A DNA stretch of 44,382 nucleotides from a virus (IMGVR_UViG_3300029846_000001); one strand, 5' to 3'. Positions 9,348 to 19,338 are shown, numbered from the stretch's first letter. Notes: generated from the sequence alone by a model not told the origin. Made by a program: numbers and translations.

Positions 9348-10766
9348 ATGAGGTTATATGATAAAAATATGATAGAGATGCGCGACGGTCGTAAGCCCGT
9401 CATTAGCCCACAACTGAAATCAGTTTCAAACTATATAGATATAAGTTTGGATGATATTAGAGAAGCATGCGAAGCAGCATTTAAAAACCATTCTAAAAAG
9501 AATGATGTTGTTAATTTCAATTCTGATTTTGATGGTAATTCATTAAAATTGTATGAATGGTATTTAGATGGTACTTATGTCAGCAAAATCAAATATCGCA
9601 AACTTGTAAAAGAAAACAAGAATGGTAAGGTTCGTGAAATAAACAGCCCGGATCTTACCACCAGAATCTATCAGCATCTTGTTTTAGTAAAGTTAGGTCC
9701 TTTGTATTATGAGAAGGATAATATGAATGGTCTTAATTGTAAGCCGGGATTTGGCATAACAGCATCGTCTAAATCAAGGTCTCTTATTAAAAAGATGAAG
9801 CATGTTTATTATGATAGACTTGATTTGAAGTATTGTTTGGTTATAGATCAACGTAAATGTTATAACCATGTAAAAGACAAAGTGTTTATAAAAGTACTTA
9901 AGAACTTTATTTCAAATAAAAAGTTTATAGATTTTGTAATAGACGTAAGTTTTGTATCTGGAGAGCTACCTATAGGAACCCCTACAAGTCCTTTCATTCA
10001 TCATCTCCTTATGAAAGATTTTGATGATCTTGCAAAAAGAATAGCTCCTTTTTCATTGAGATATGCCGACGATAATTTCCTTGCTTTCTATACTAAGGAG
10101 GATGCTAATACTGCCAAATGGAGGATTAAGAATTATTGGTGGTATGAGCTTAAGATAAGATCTAAAAGGCATACTTGTATTATAACAGACATGGATAGAC
10201 CTCTTGATTTTTGCGGGTATGTTTTCCACCGTAATAACAAAGGCGTATCTGAACACAATAAAGGTTATGTGACAATAAGGAAGAGGGTAGCCAAAGATGC
10301 GAAGAAGTGTATTACAAATGAAAGCTGGTCTTCTTACTTCGGTCTTTTAAAACACTGTGACAGTTATTCATTAATGTCAAAAATAGAAAATATCATGAAA
10401 TTACGAGATTTAACAAGTACGATTCGCATTGATAAGAAAATGGATGCGGACAACATTGATGTTAAAAACCTTGAAGGTATTGTATTTGATATCGTGAACT
10501 ATGAAATACGAAGCAATAACAAGAATGAACCAAACTGGATAAAGTGCTTGATAGGTATTCCTGAAACCAATAAAGAAGGGATTCCTACCGGCAGGAAACT
10601 CGCAAGGGAATTTCATGGTAATTATCAAGGTATAGTAAATTTTATTTCAAAATGCGAACTTACTTATGGCAAAGATGCTATTTTCCCTATTACCGATGTA
10701 GAGATAGAAAACAGATGCGGATACGTTTTTAAAGGCAGCACTAACCGCTTGGAATACATTGATTGA
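9348..10766 (+). CDS. DGR reverse transcriptase with C-terminal extension
   Basis: K.REI..P...RI.QH, LPIGTPTSP, RYADD, LDFCGY and SYFGLLKHCDS motifs; start uncertain (ATG 9348 or a later ATG; ORF-track TTG 9165 lies at the TR start). Confidence 0.93.
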   Translation: MRLYDKNMIEMRDGRKPVISPQLKSVSNYIDISLDDIREACEAAFKNHSKKNDVVNFNSDFDGNSLKLYEWYLDGTYVSKIKYRKLVKENKNGKVREINSPDLTTRIYQHLVLVKLGPLYYEKDNMNGLNCKPGFGITASSKSRSLIKKMKHVYYDRLDLKYCLVIDQRKCYNHVKDKVFIKVLKNFISNKKFIDFVIDVSFVSGELPIGTPTSPFIHHLLMKDFDDLAKRIAPFSLRYADDNFLAFYTKEDANTAKWRIKNYWWYELKIRSKRHTCIITDMDRPLDFCGYVFHRNNKGVSEHNKGYVTIRKRVAKDAKKCITNESWSSYFGLLKHCDSYSLMSKIENIMKLRDLTSTIRIDKKMDADNIDVKNLEGIVFDIVNYEIRSNNKNEPNWIKCLIGIPETNKEGIPTGRKLAREFHGNYQGIVNFISKCELTYGKDAIFPITDVEIENRCGYVFKGSTNRLEYID

Positions 10767-10825
10767 CTTCTCATTGTGATGGTGTGAATGAAAATTGTTA
10801 TCTTGCACCAAAAAAAAAGAAAGTC

Positions 10826-11179
10826 ATGAATTGTAACACTTGTAAAGATGACAGACCTGATATTCTGAGATCTAATATCTGTATCGGGTCTGATCCGTGT
10901 AATGACTGTACGGACAATTGCGAAATTCTTCCAAAAGAATGCGATTGCCCGTATGGTCATTTAAGCGATCATTGCATTCATTATACAGGATGCAAGACAT
11001 TCATATCCAAATTAACTCCAGGTATGCCTTATAATGAGGTTATGCATAATATAGAACTGGTTTTTGAAAACATAGATAAGTTTTTGGATAGGATGGTTGA
11101 AGAAAATACGCTTTTAAAACAAAGGGTTGAAAAACTTGAAAAACAACTTCAAAATGGAAAAGAGTGCACAAATTGGTAA
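10826..11179 (+). CDS. Cys-rich hypothetical protein with C-terminal coiled coil
   Basis: ATG 10826 after A-rich leader; many Cys residues. Confidence 0.65.
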   Translation: MNCNTCKDDRPDILRSNICIGSDPCNDCTDNCEILPKECDCPYGHLSDHCIHYTGCKTFISKLTPGMPYNEVMHNIELVFENIDKFLDRMVEENTLLKQRVEKLEKQLQNGKECTNW

Positions 11180-11432
11180 GGACTTAAGTGGTAAACACGT
11201 ATATGTTCCACATGTGGACGAGACGCCGGTACCATGCCCGGACGGATACACCTGCACGAACTGCGTGTACTGCGCTGACGGCATCAACGCTGGCTACTTC
11301 AGTCTGGCTCAGAAATCTGATCTTACGGCTTTAATCAATGCAATGATATGCCGTATGGAATATCAAGATAGGGAAATAGAATTTTTAAAACAAAAAATAA
11401 ATATTTTGAGTAACAATGGCAATAACAGGTAA
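11154..11432 (+). CDS. Cys-rich hypothetical protein with coiled coil
   Basis: CPDGYTCTNCVYC motif similar to preceding gene. Confidence 0.6.
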   Translation: MEKSAQIGKDLSGKHVYVPHVDETPVPCPDGYTCTNCVYCADGINAGYFSLAQKSDLTALINAMICRMEYQDREIEFLKQKINILSNNGNNR

Positions 11433-11838
11433 AGGTTGTTTTGGCAGTCATGGTGGGTGCGAACGCCCGCATCATTGCAATATTCCTTCTTCTAACATAT
11501 TCTATGATGGAGAAACTATAGAAGAAGCTGGTTTGTATCATGGTATGCCTTTAGACAGGGCTTTGGCTAATTTAGCCAAATACGTTTCAAGGGGTATTAA
11601 CGTAAGTGGATCTGTCAATACAGAAGTGTTTGACGGTACTTCTCATGTGGTTCTAAAGAAAGATCCGGCAGAGATTTTGCTTGTGTCTTATTGCGGAGGT
11701 GTCGTGCCTTCTGATATGTATAAAGTCCAGGGCCGTACTGTTAGGTTCTGCCGGGATATGTGTCAACAAGATGAATTTGCTGAAGTGAGGGTCGTGTACC
11801 GAGAAGAGGCAAATAGTTCTTATGGGTTCCATTGTTAA
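11416..11838 (+). CDS. hypothetical virion protein
   Basis: 140-aa ORF overlapping upstream gene. Confidence 0.6.
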   Translation: MAITGKGCFGSHGGCERPHHCNIPSSNIFYDGETIEEAGLYHGMPLDRALANLAKYVSRGINVSGSVNTEVFDGTSHVVLKKDPAEILLVSYCGGVVPSDMYKVQGRTVRFCRDMCQQDEFAEVRVVYREEANSSYGFHC

Positions 11839-11854
11839 TTTAGGAGGATGAGAA

Positions 11855-12241
11855 ATGGCAGAAAAATGCAAAGGATTTATATGTGGGGGTAATCTCGTTG
11901 ATGGCTCTGTGCCTTCTGATAAGTTAGATAAAGAAACCATTATCGAGCTTATTAAAGAGATTCTGAAAGAGGAAATGCACGAATCTTGGCTTAAGGAAAT
12001 AATAGAAACCATACTTAAGGAATCCATTGATTCGGATTGGCTTCGTGAGTTCTTTAAAGAGGTTCTTAAAAAATATGCTAAAGAGGAATGGTTTAAGGAC
12101 ATTATCTGCGGCTTAGGATGTGTAGGTGTACAAGAGATATTCGACGTTATTCCTACTGACATAACATTTGAAGCTACAGGAGGTACGGCTACGGTTCAGG
12201 TGGTTGTCGATGATGGAGTTGAATGGGAGTTGACACTTTAA
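11855..12241 (+). CDS. hypothetical protein with amphipathic helical repeats and BACON-like C-terminal strands
   Basis: Repeated W(L/F)(K/R)(E/D) units; PTDITFEATGGTATVQV. Confidence 0.6.
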   Translation: MAEKCKGFICGGNLVDGSVPSDKLDKETIIELIKEILKEEMHESWLKEIIETILKESIDSDWLREFFKEVLKKYAKEEWFKDIICGLGCVGVQEIFDVIPTDITFEATGGTATVQVVVDDGVEWELTL

Positions 12242-12257
12242 ATTAGGGAGGATAATT

Positions 12258-13028
12258 ATGTCGAGAGAGAAAATATATAAGATGGATGATGGTTCTTGGC
12301 TTACCTCGGACAAGAAGGAAGGTGTCGGTCGTGATAAAATGAATTTCGATGCTCCATCTTGGAAAGGAAGGGAAGATAGGATCACTATCCGAATTGTGAA
12401 GAAATCCGATACTGAAAGTATGAAAGCTATTACTTTCAGGCAAAAAGGCGTCAAGATCACAGAAGTCTCGGTTAGCAGGCTGGAGTTCCCTATATCTGGT
12501 GGAGACAAGCAGATCCTTATTACTACCAACGCCGCTTCTATCAATGCCCTTATTACGGGTGAGAAAGATATAAAGAGTGTCATAAAAGCATTTACCACCG
12601 CTTCCGGTCTTAATATTGACGTCAATGATATTAGGCTTGATTATGGTTTCCCTGGTGATCCGGGTCTTGAAGACACGTTCCAGGTTTCGATGATTGTTTC
12701 CATGCCTGGCAATGAGGATGGGAATGAAGTTAATGAGAACATAACTATAAATGGTGTGCTGATTCCTATTTATCAGCCCGGAAAGGTCGTTCCTTACATT
12801 AAATTGGATAAGGAATTTGAACAAATTGAGGGTGATGAAACAAGCACGCAGTTAAGTATAGAAAGTAATATAAAAGATTATGTTATTGAAATAGTTGAAT
12901 GCGAGTCTGTGGATAAGGAGGAAATTCACCTGGACAAGGATGTTGTTAATCTTGATTCCGATGGATCACCGGAGGTAATCAACGTAAATACAAATCCCGA
13001 AAATTTAAGATGGAGGATTAGCGAATGA
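12258..13028 (+). CDS. BACON/Ig-like domain virion protein
   Basis: SWLT....G.G and LEFPISGGDKQILITTN beta-sandwich motifs. Confidence 0.55.
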   Translation: MSREKIYKMDDGSWLTSDKKEGVGRDKMNFDAPSWKGREDRITIRIVKKSDTESMKAITFRQKGVKITEVSVSRLEFPISGGDKQILITTNAASINALITGEKDIKSVIKAFTTASGLNIDVNDIRLDYGFPGDPGLEDTFQVSMIVSMPGNEDGNEVNENITINGVLIPIYQPGKVVPYIKLDKEFEQIEGDETSTQLSIESNIKDYVIEIVECESVDKEEIHLDKDVVNLDSDGSPEVINVNTNPENLRWRISE

Positions 13029-16000
13029 AAGTAGGTAATTGTTGGGCGAACATAGATAAGAAAGAAGGCGGTCTTAACAGTAAGGTTAATATTTACTTTG
13101 ATGAAAATGATACTGGTGCCAACAGAAGTGTCAAGATAAGGGTGTCTTCCAGGAACGGTGACGTATCTGAAGAATATACGTTAGTTCATAAAAAAAGAGA
13201 ACAGGTAGTTTATAAAAATAAAAGACAATCGGCTCTTTTCACAAAAGAAGGATGTAATCCTGAGACAGAGAAAGGGGAAGAGCTTGAGTATGTTGTTGAG
13301 GCCGGAAAATACACGTCTATCATATCTCAGTCTGATGCTGATGACAAGGCTATGAAAGATATTGAGCAAAATGGTCAGAACTGGGTTAATGAGCATGGTC
13401 GTTGTATAACCATATTATGGTACAATGTCAAGAAATCAAAGTCGTTTAGAAAGAACGATTGTGATCCTGATACCGAAGAAGGAAGTTTGGTTACGATGAC
13501 GATCGAAGCCGGGCAATTTTCTTCTACCATAAGCCAAGAAGATGCCGACCGTAAGGCTGAAGCTGAGTTGAATGCCAAAGGTCAAGACTATGCTAATTCT
13601 CATGGTACTTGCAATACCATAAAATGGTACAACGACAGGAAATCCAAGATGTTCCAAAAGACAGATTGTGAGGTGACTGAAGTTGGATCTATGGTAGAGT
13701 ATGTTGTAGAAGCCGGCCGCTTCTCTTCTTCTGTTTCTAAGGAGGATGCTAATCAGAAGGCTTTGGATGCCTTGGAAGCTGAAGGCCCAGGTTATGCTAA
13801 TGAGCATGGTACATGTGAAACAAATTTATGGTATAACGTAGAGAAGTCAAAAGTATTTTATAAAAATGACTGTGAAGATGGGTTTATCGGAGCGCCTTAT
13901 ACTTACACAGTAGAAGCCGGTAAATACACATCAGACGTAAGTCAAGAAGATGCTGATAAGAAAGCTCTTGATGATATAGAGAAAAACGGTCAAGAACAAG
14001 CCAACCTTAATGGTGAATGCGTTGAGGATCCTAATTATTTTATAGGAAAGGCTTCGGCTCGTGTTCAGAAAAATGATTGCGATGCCGAATCTCAGACCGG
14101 AAGCTTCGTTGATTTGACTGAAAAGGATCTTGCAGGATATCCAGATGCTTTTGTGTCAAGGGAAAGCCAGGAGGCGGCTAATGCGCTGGCTGAGGCCGCT
14201 ATGGAAGAACAGAAACAAGATCTTGCTAATAAGAAAGGTACTTGCATAGATAAAAACCAATTTGTTGGTGTATATAGCAAGGTATTCACAAAAGACAATT
14301 GTGAAGGAGAAGGCGTAGGTTCGCAGGTAACAGTAGACCAAGACGATGTAACTGGTGGTCCTTTTACTTCATACGAAAGCCAGGAGGCGGCTAACGCGCT
14401 CGCTCAGGCTGCCGTCGAGCAGCAGGGCCAGGCCATAGCCAACCGGGACGGCCATTGTACGTGGACTGGTAAATACAGTGAGGAATTTACCAAAAACGAT
14501 TGCGATGAAGGCCAGGTAGGGTCTAAGATTACCGTAACCGAACAAGATGTTGTTGGTGCTCCTTTCACATCTACCGTAAGTCAAGATGATGCCAATAACA
14601 AGGCTCAGGCTGCTGTCAAAGAGCAAGGTCAGGCTATTGCTAACAGTAAGGGTAATTGTGAGAATATGACGGTCTATACCGGTCATTACAGTAAGAGATT
14701 CGTTCCAGAATGCGAGGCTTGTCATAAAGGTGTAGAGATGGAGGTTACGGCTGAGATGGTAAATGGAAGCCCTGTTACATCAACAGAAAGTCAGGATGCA
14801 GCAGACGCAGAAGCTCGTAGGATTGTAGAAGAAGGCGGTCAGGCTTATGTTAATAAGAACGGAACTTGTACACCATTAAGCACCGATCCTGTATGGGAGG
14901 ACGTAGAACCGGAAGAACTTAGATGTAATGAAGGTAAGTCTCAGAAAAAGCAACGTGATACCAACGAATGTTCTGAAACTCACAATCAAGAACGTTGGGT
15001 AGATGGCGGAAATAAGGTTTGTAGCTGGACCGGCCATTATACAGAAACGTTCCAGAAAAACGATTGTGAGATACCGGATTCAGGAACGGAAGTAGAAGTA
15101 AGTGAAGCTGATGTTGAAGGCAATCCTTTTATTTCTTTCGTAAGTCAAGAAGATGCTGATAATAAGGCCAAGGAAGCTGTTAAGGCTCAAGGACAGAATA
15201 TTGCCAACCAAAAAGGCAAATGTAGGTTCGTAGGCGTATATAGTAAGGAATTTACGAAAGACAATTGCGGATCATGTCAGCATGGTGTTCCGATGAGCGT
15301 AACACAAGACATGGTAGGTGGACCGTTCTATTCTAATGAAAGCCAGGAAGAGGCAAATAGATTAGCTCAGGAAGCCGTAGAAGCCCAAGGTCAGGCTTAT
15401 GTTAACAAGAACGGGACATGCGAAATGGACAACACCGATCCTGTATGGGAAGATTCGGAACCACTTGAAACCAAATGCGAAGGTGGTAAATCTTATAAAA
15501 AACAGGTTAATACCAACGAATGCTATGGTGGAGAAAATGAACGCTGGGTAGAAGGTGGAGATAAGGTATGTACCTGGACCGGAACATATAGCAAGGAATT
15601 TACAAAACAGTGTGCTGACGGCGGTGTCGGATCTAAGGTTACCATAGATCAGGATGATGTAACCGGCGGCCCTTTTACGTCTACCGTAAGTCAGGAAGAC
15701 GCAAATAGCAAGGCTCAGGCTGCCGTCGAACAGCAGGGACAGGCTCTTGCTGACGCGCAGGGAACTTGTACCTGGACCGGTAAGGCAAGTAAGGTCTTCA
15801 CCAGAAACAATTGCGGAAGCTGTCAGCACGGTTCGTCTGTTATCGTAACCCAAGATCAAGTAGGTGGTCCATTTACGTCCAATATCAGTCAAGCTGATGC
15901 TAATAAGAAGGCTCAAGATGCTGTAAATTCCCAAGGTCAGGCAGTAGCTAACAAAAACGGTGATTGCGTAGCTGATAGCACAACTCCTTCTTGGTCGGAT

Positions 16001-17548
16001 ACTGGAAGTACCAGTTGTGACGGTTGTACGTCTCAGAAGCAACAACGTGACACCAATCCATGTTCTTCTTCTTACAACGACACAAGATGGGTTAATGGAG
16101 GTGGAGAATCTTGTACAGCCTGGTCTTATTACGCAAAAGGAGATTGCGTAGGTCATACTCAGTATGATGCTTATCGTGATATTTGCTCTGGTAGCATAGA
16201 TGGTCAATATGATGTAAGATGTTGGAATTGCTGTAATTGCGGATCTTACGGTTCTTGGCAAAAAGATGGATGTGGATCTGGAAGCAACAGCAATAAGGTA
16301 AAATACGTTCGTTACGATGATTGTGGAAATCGAGATGTAAAATACGAGCTTGAAGTTGGAAAATGCGGATATGTTCCATACGAATTTCAGTTCCAAGATG
16401 GAACAACGAGCAAGTCGAGGTCTGTAACTGGAGAATCTCAGGATATTAAAGAAGTTATCATAAGTACTAAGAGTAATTCATATATAGGTTATTCTGTTAA
16501 GTCAAAACCTTCTTGGTGTTCTGTTGATTACAGAGACCAGACATCTGAAAGTATGAAGGCCTTGGTGACGTTATCTGCCAATACAACATCTTCTTCCAGA
16601 TCTGGTGATATTGTTTTTGTTCAAAGGGAATCTGGAAAGACTGTTACTCTTAGTATCACACAAGATATTGCGGTGACTTACGAATTTAGTACCAACCAAA
16701 GCACTTGGAATGCCGATGCGAATGGAGGTGCAAATAATTCATATTTATGTATCCAATTAAAGAGTAAGAAGAATGGAAGCAAGATAGGATACACTGTATC
16801 TTCTAAACCGAGTTGGGTTACAGAAGTTACAGAAAAACCATCAGGGGTATCCTGTCCTGTTTCGTCAGGTTATGATTATTCATTTATGATAATCTCGTCT
16901 GCAAACAGCTCTTCTTCTCCCAGAAGTGGTACTGTAACATTGAAGCAAAATGAATCTGGGAAGACTGTCAACATAACAGTCAACCAAGAGGGCAAGGCTG
17001 AGGTTAATCCTGTACCGGCACATATTGTATTAAAAAACGGCTCTTGGGCTACATACAGGAAGAATAATGTTTCTTATAATGCTAGTGCCGGTAAGTGTAT
17101 TGCCGGATTCGAATGGACTGGTGATGAAAATGGAAATATCCGAATATTTACTTGTGATATTAAGGTGGTGGATGCTAATTATCGTGAGATATCAGGAGCT
17201 ACTATAAGCACCGGAACATCAACCCTGAGAATACAATCCGGAAGCTCTTGTTCGTATTTCGGGGCCGTTTATGGAGGAATATTAGCCGGATATGTTCATA
17301 CTGGAGATGAGAATGGAAATACTACATGGTATATACGAACTATAAACGTGTCTTACGAAGGCAATTTGTATAAGACCTCTACTGTTAGGCAGTACGAAAA
17401 ACAAGATATCTCTAAGAAAGGTGGTTTTTTCAATGTATATAATGAATCTCCTGCTTCTTATAACTTTATAGTAGATGGAGCTGAGTGTGGAGATGAAAGG
17501 GGTACTTTAAAATATGCTTATTCTCAAATAAATCTTAATCCAGCATAA
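13025..17548 (+). CDS. large Cys-rich repeat fibre/adhesin: about 12 DUF5977-like repeats, 3 interspersed second-type repeats, BACON-like domains
   Basis: Repeats counted in the translation; two SKPSW....RSG.(I/V)...Q.ESGKTV....Q units near the C-terminus. Confidence 0.8.
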   Translation: MKVGNCWANIDKKEGGLNSKVNIYFDENDTGANRSVKIRVSSRNGDVSEEYTLVHKKREQVVYKNKRQSALFTKEGCNPETEKGEELEYVVEAGKYTSIISQSDADDKAMKDIEQNGQNWVNEHGRCITILWYNVKKSKSFRKNDCDPDTEEGSLVTMTIEAGQFSSTISQEDADRKAEAELNAKGQDYANSHGTCNTIKWYNDRKSKMFQKTDCEVTEVGSMVEYVVEAGRFSSSVSKEDANQKALDALEAEGPGYANEHGTCETNLWYNVEKSKVFYKNDCEDGFIGAPYTYTVEAGKYTSDVSQEDADKKALDDIEKNGQEQANLNGECVEDPNYFIGKASARVQKNDCDAESQTGSFVDLTEKDLAGYPDAFVSRESQEAANALAEAAMEEQKQDLANKKGTCIDKNQFVGVYSKVFTKDNCEGEGVGSQVTVDQDDVTGGPFTSYESQEAANALAQAAVEQQGQAIANRDGHCTWTGKYSEEFTKNDCDEGQVGSKITVTEQDVVGAPFTSTVSQDDANNKAQAAVKEQGQAIANSKGNCENMTVYTGHYSKRFVPECEACHKGVEMEVTAEMVNGSPVTSTESQDAADAEARRIVEEGGQAYVNKNGTCTPLSTDPVWEDVEPEELRCNEGKSQKKQRDTNECSETHNQERWVDGGNKVCSWTGHYTETFQKNDCEIPDSGTEVEVSEADVEGNPFISFVSQEDADNKAKEAVKAQGQNIANQKGKCRFVGVYSKEFTKDNCGSCQHGVPMSVTQDMVGGPFYSNESQEEANRLAQEAVEAQGQAYVNKNGTCEMDNTDPVWEDSEPLETKCEGGKSYKKQVNTNECYGGENERWVEGGDKVCTWTGTYSKEFTKQCADGGVGSKVTIDQDDVTGGPFTSTVSQEDANSKAQAAVEQQGQALADAQGTCTWTGKASKVFTRNNCGSCQHGSSVIVTQDQVGGPFTSNISQADANKKAQDAVNSQGQAVANKNGDCVADSTTPSWSDTGSTSCDGCTSQKQQRDTNPCSSSYNDTRWVNGGGESCTAWSYYAKGDCVGHTQYDAYRDICSGSIDGQYDVRCWNCCNCGSYGSWQKDGCGSGSNSNKVKYVRYDDCGNRDVKYELEVGKCGYVPYEFQFQDGTTSKSRSVTGESQDIKEVIISTKSNSYIGYSVKSKPSWCSVDYRDQTSESMKALVTLSANTTSSSRSGDIVFVQRESGKTVTLSITQDIAVTYEFSTNQSTWNADANGGANNSYLCIQLKSKKNGSKIGYTVSSKPSWVTEVTEKPSGVSCPVSSGYDYSFMIISSANSSSSPRSGTVTLKQNESGKTVNITVNQEGKAEVNPVPAHIVLKNGSWATYRKNNVSYNASAGKCIAGFEWTGDENGNIRIFTCDIKVVDANYREISGATISTGTSTLRIQSGSSCSYFGAVYGGILAGYVHTGDENGNTTWYIRTINVSYEGNLYKTSTVRQYEKQDISKKGGFFNVYNESPASYNFIVDGAECGDERGTLKYAYSQINLNPA

Positions 17549-17552
17549 TCAA

Positions 17553-17591
17553 CAAGGGAGAAGATTTAGTCCTCTTCCTTGAATGTTTTTT
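17553..17591 (+). terminator. probable intrinsic terminator
   Basis: CAAGGGAAG...CTTCCTTG stem with downstream T tract. Confidence 0.5.
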
Positions 17592-17678
17592 TGGGTTATA
17601 ATATTTTGTTTTAAATATTGTCTATTAGGATAAAAATGATTAATATTGCACATCATTCAATTTTAAATTTTTAGTATC

Positions 17679-17801
17679 ATGGCTTGTAAAAAGAAAGCTC
17701 GTCAGGGTGGTGAAGTCGATAAGAAAGACAAACCTAAAATGCGCCAAGGCGGTAGTGTTGGAGGTAAGATGAAAAGAAAGAAGACGAGCACTAAAAAGTG
17801 A
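17679..17801 (+). CDS. small basic protein (40 aa)
   Basis: Not in ORF track; MACKKKARQGGEVDKKDKPKMRQGGSVGGKMKRKKTSTKK; AT-rich leader and own terminator. Confidence 0.65.
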   Translation: MACKKKARQGGEVDKKDKPKMRQGGSVGGKMKRKKTSTKK

Positions 17802-17811
17802 TTGAAAACCA

Positions 17812-17841
17812 GGGGAAGGTGCTGATCGCCTTCCCCATTTT
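17812..17841 (+). terminator. intrinsic terminator
   Basis: GGGGAAGG...CCTTCCCC followed by ATTTT. Confidence 0.65.
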
Positions 17842-17863
17842 AATAACATAACAACAATTTATT

Positions 17864-18279
17864 ATGAGCAACAAGTTTATTAGCAAAGGGCAAAGGAATG
17901 TCTGTGTGACGTTTGTGAAGTACTATCCTGTATTGATGCAGGTTATTATGTGAGCCAGCATTTTTGATGAGTTTTATCCTTTTAGTATCACTAATTGGCT
18001 GTATCCGATATTAGGTCATTCTCTATCATGGGACCTATTTCTCTTGGCTTTTCAAGAATGTTCAGGTTTTGTATATGGCATAGGTTATTGATCTATAGCA
18101 TGATTTTTAATATCTGTGTAGAATGGGTTACGGTTAATATTGAGATGCCTATTGAACACAATATCGTAGTGTGGTCAGTTATGGCTGTTACTCTTCTGAT
18201 AATCATTGCCTCTATTGTTTTAAGGTTTAAAACAGGATGTTTTGAAAATGAAAGAAATTCTGACAGAGACGCTGCGTAA
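17864..18279 (+). pseudogene. membrane protein gene with premature TGA and a frameshift
   Basis: MSNKFISKG...MQVIM*ASIFDEFY...LFLLAF (TGA 17951-17953), then continues in the frame of ORF 17995-18279 after the T run near 18049-18052. Confidence 0.6.
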
Positions 18280-18637
18280 AAGCGGTGCGGCGGTATGCGA
18301 TAAGATAAAGGAGATGTTTTTAAGCGGGGAATGCGATCATCTTACAGCCAACGATCTTGAGACATGGATGCAGCTTGCTAATCCGGCTAAGTACTATACC
18401 GGAGAAGAGGCTGTTTCTTATCTCAATGTAACTTCTAAAAGATTTTATGAATATCGTAAGGCTAAGTTAGTTCCTGATCCGGTTAAGATAAAGGGATTCC
18501 CTAAACCTTTATATACGAAAGTTATGTTGGATGAGGCTATAAAAACCATATCCGGCATGAGCGAAAGAGATATTTATATGAGGATCTTGAATGCTAAATC
18601 AAGAGAAGCGAGATCGAAAGAAAGGAGGGGAGTATGA
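18248..18637 (+). CDS. helix-turn-helix (excisionase/MerR-like) DNA-binding protein
   Basis: YYTGEEAVSYLNVTSKRFYEYRKAKLVP motif. Confidence 0.65.
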   Translation: MKEILTETLRKSGAAVCDKIKEMFLSGECDHLTANDLETWMQLANPAKYYTGEEAVSYLNVTSKRFYEYRKAKLVPDPVKIKGFPKPLYTKVMLDEAIKTISGMSERDIYMRILNAKSREARSKERRGV

Positions 18638-19338
18638 TTACCAATGGTGAATTTGTATCAAGAGTCGTAAACGGTATTCATGCCCTTGACAAAGATTCGC
18701 ATGTTAGTCGGAGATGGATATTGAATATTGGTCGTACAAAAGCTGAATCCTATACAGCCCAGAGGTGGGATGATGGGACGTTGCTCGGCGATCACCGGCT
18801 CCTAACTTACGTTACTTGCCTGGAGATGATTGAAGTTGACAAGATAGTTTGCTGCGATGCTGAATTTGCGTTATGCAATACTTTGATGCGGTCAAAGCAT
18901 AAACTTCCAGGGCTTCTTTATTCTGCTCTTAGACCGGCTATTACTAAGGTGACTAACGTAGATAACACTATATTTTTTAAGTTCGCTGAAATAAAGTCGT
19001 ATCGTAATGAACAAAAAAGACCGTATGCTAAATACGTTAAAGAACGGCGTCCTTTTTATTATGTAGAAAACGACTATATTTATATACCGGATTTTCATAT
19101 AGAGCTTATTAACGTAGAGTTCTTTACAACAAGAAGAAAGAAGGCTCTGGAGTTAATGGCCTGCGATCCTACACCTAAAGGGTGTGAGTCTGAATGGGAA
19201 TACGAATTTATCTGCCCTGTTAAGTTAATTGAGTACGTAGTGGCAGAGACGATAAAGGAAGTAGCATTCAGGCTACAGATTCCTATCGATGAAAATCCGA
19301 ATCTTGATTCCAATCAGAAAAGTCAAATTGTTCAATAA
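18634..19338 (+). CDS. putative crAss-type tail ring/tubular protein
   Basis: Motifs (D..VS.R.I, C.EMIEVD...C, .RSK.KLP, YY..N.YIYI) resemble crAss-like structural proteins as recalled; not searched. Confidence 0.5.
   Translation: MITNGEFVSRVVNGIHALDKDSHVSRRWILNIGRTKAESYTAQRWDDGTLLGDHRLLTYVTCLEMIEVDKIVCCDAEFALCNTLMRSKHKLPGLLYSALRPAITKVTNVDNTIFFKFAEIKSYRNEQKRPYAKYVKERRPFYYVENDYIYIPDFHIELINVEFFTTRRKKALELMACDPTPKGCESEWEYEFICPVKLIEYVVAETIKEVAFRLQIPIDENPNLDSNQKSQIVQ

Noticed and set aside
15362..16396. 344-aa minus-strand ORF and the other antisense ORFs in the track
   Set aside because: They shadow long plus-strand genes with clear motifs and have no recognisable features
17951..17953. Stop-codon reassignment as known in some crAss-like phages
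   Set aside because: TGA and TAG end many tightly packed genes here and long ORFs are intact under code 11; a single in-frame TGA beside a frameshift fits a pseudogene or error
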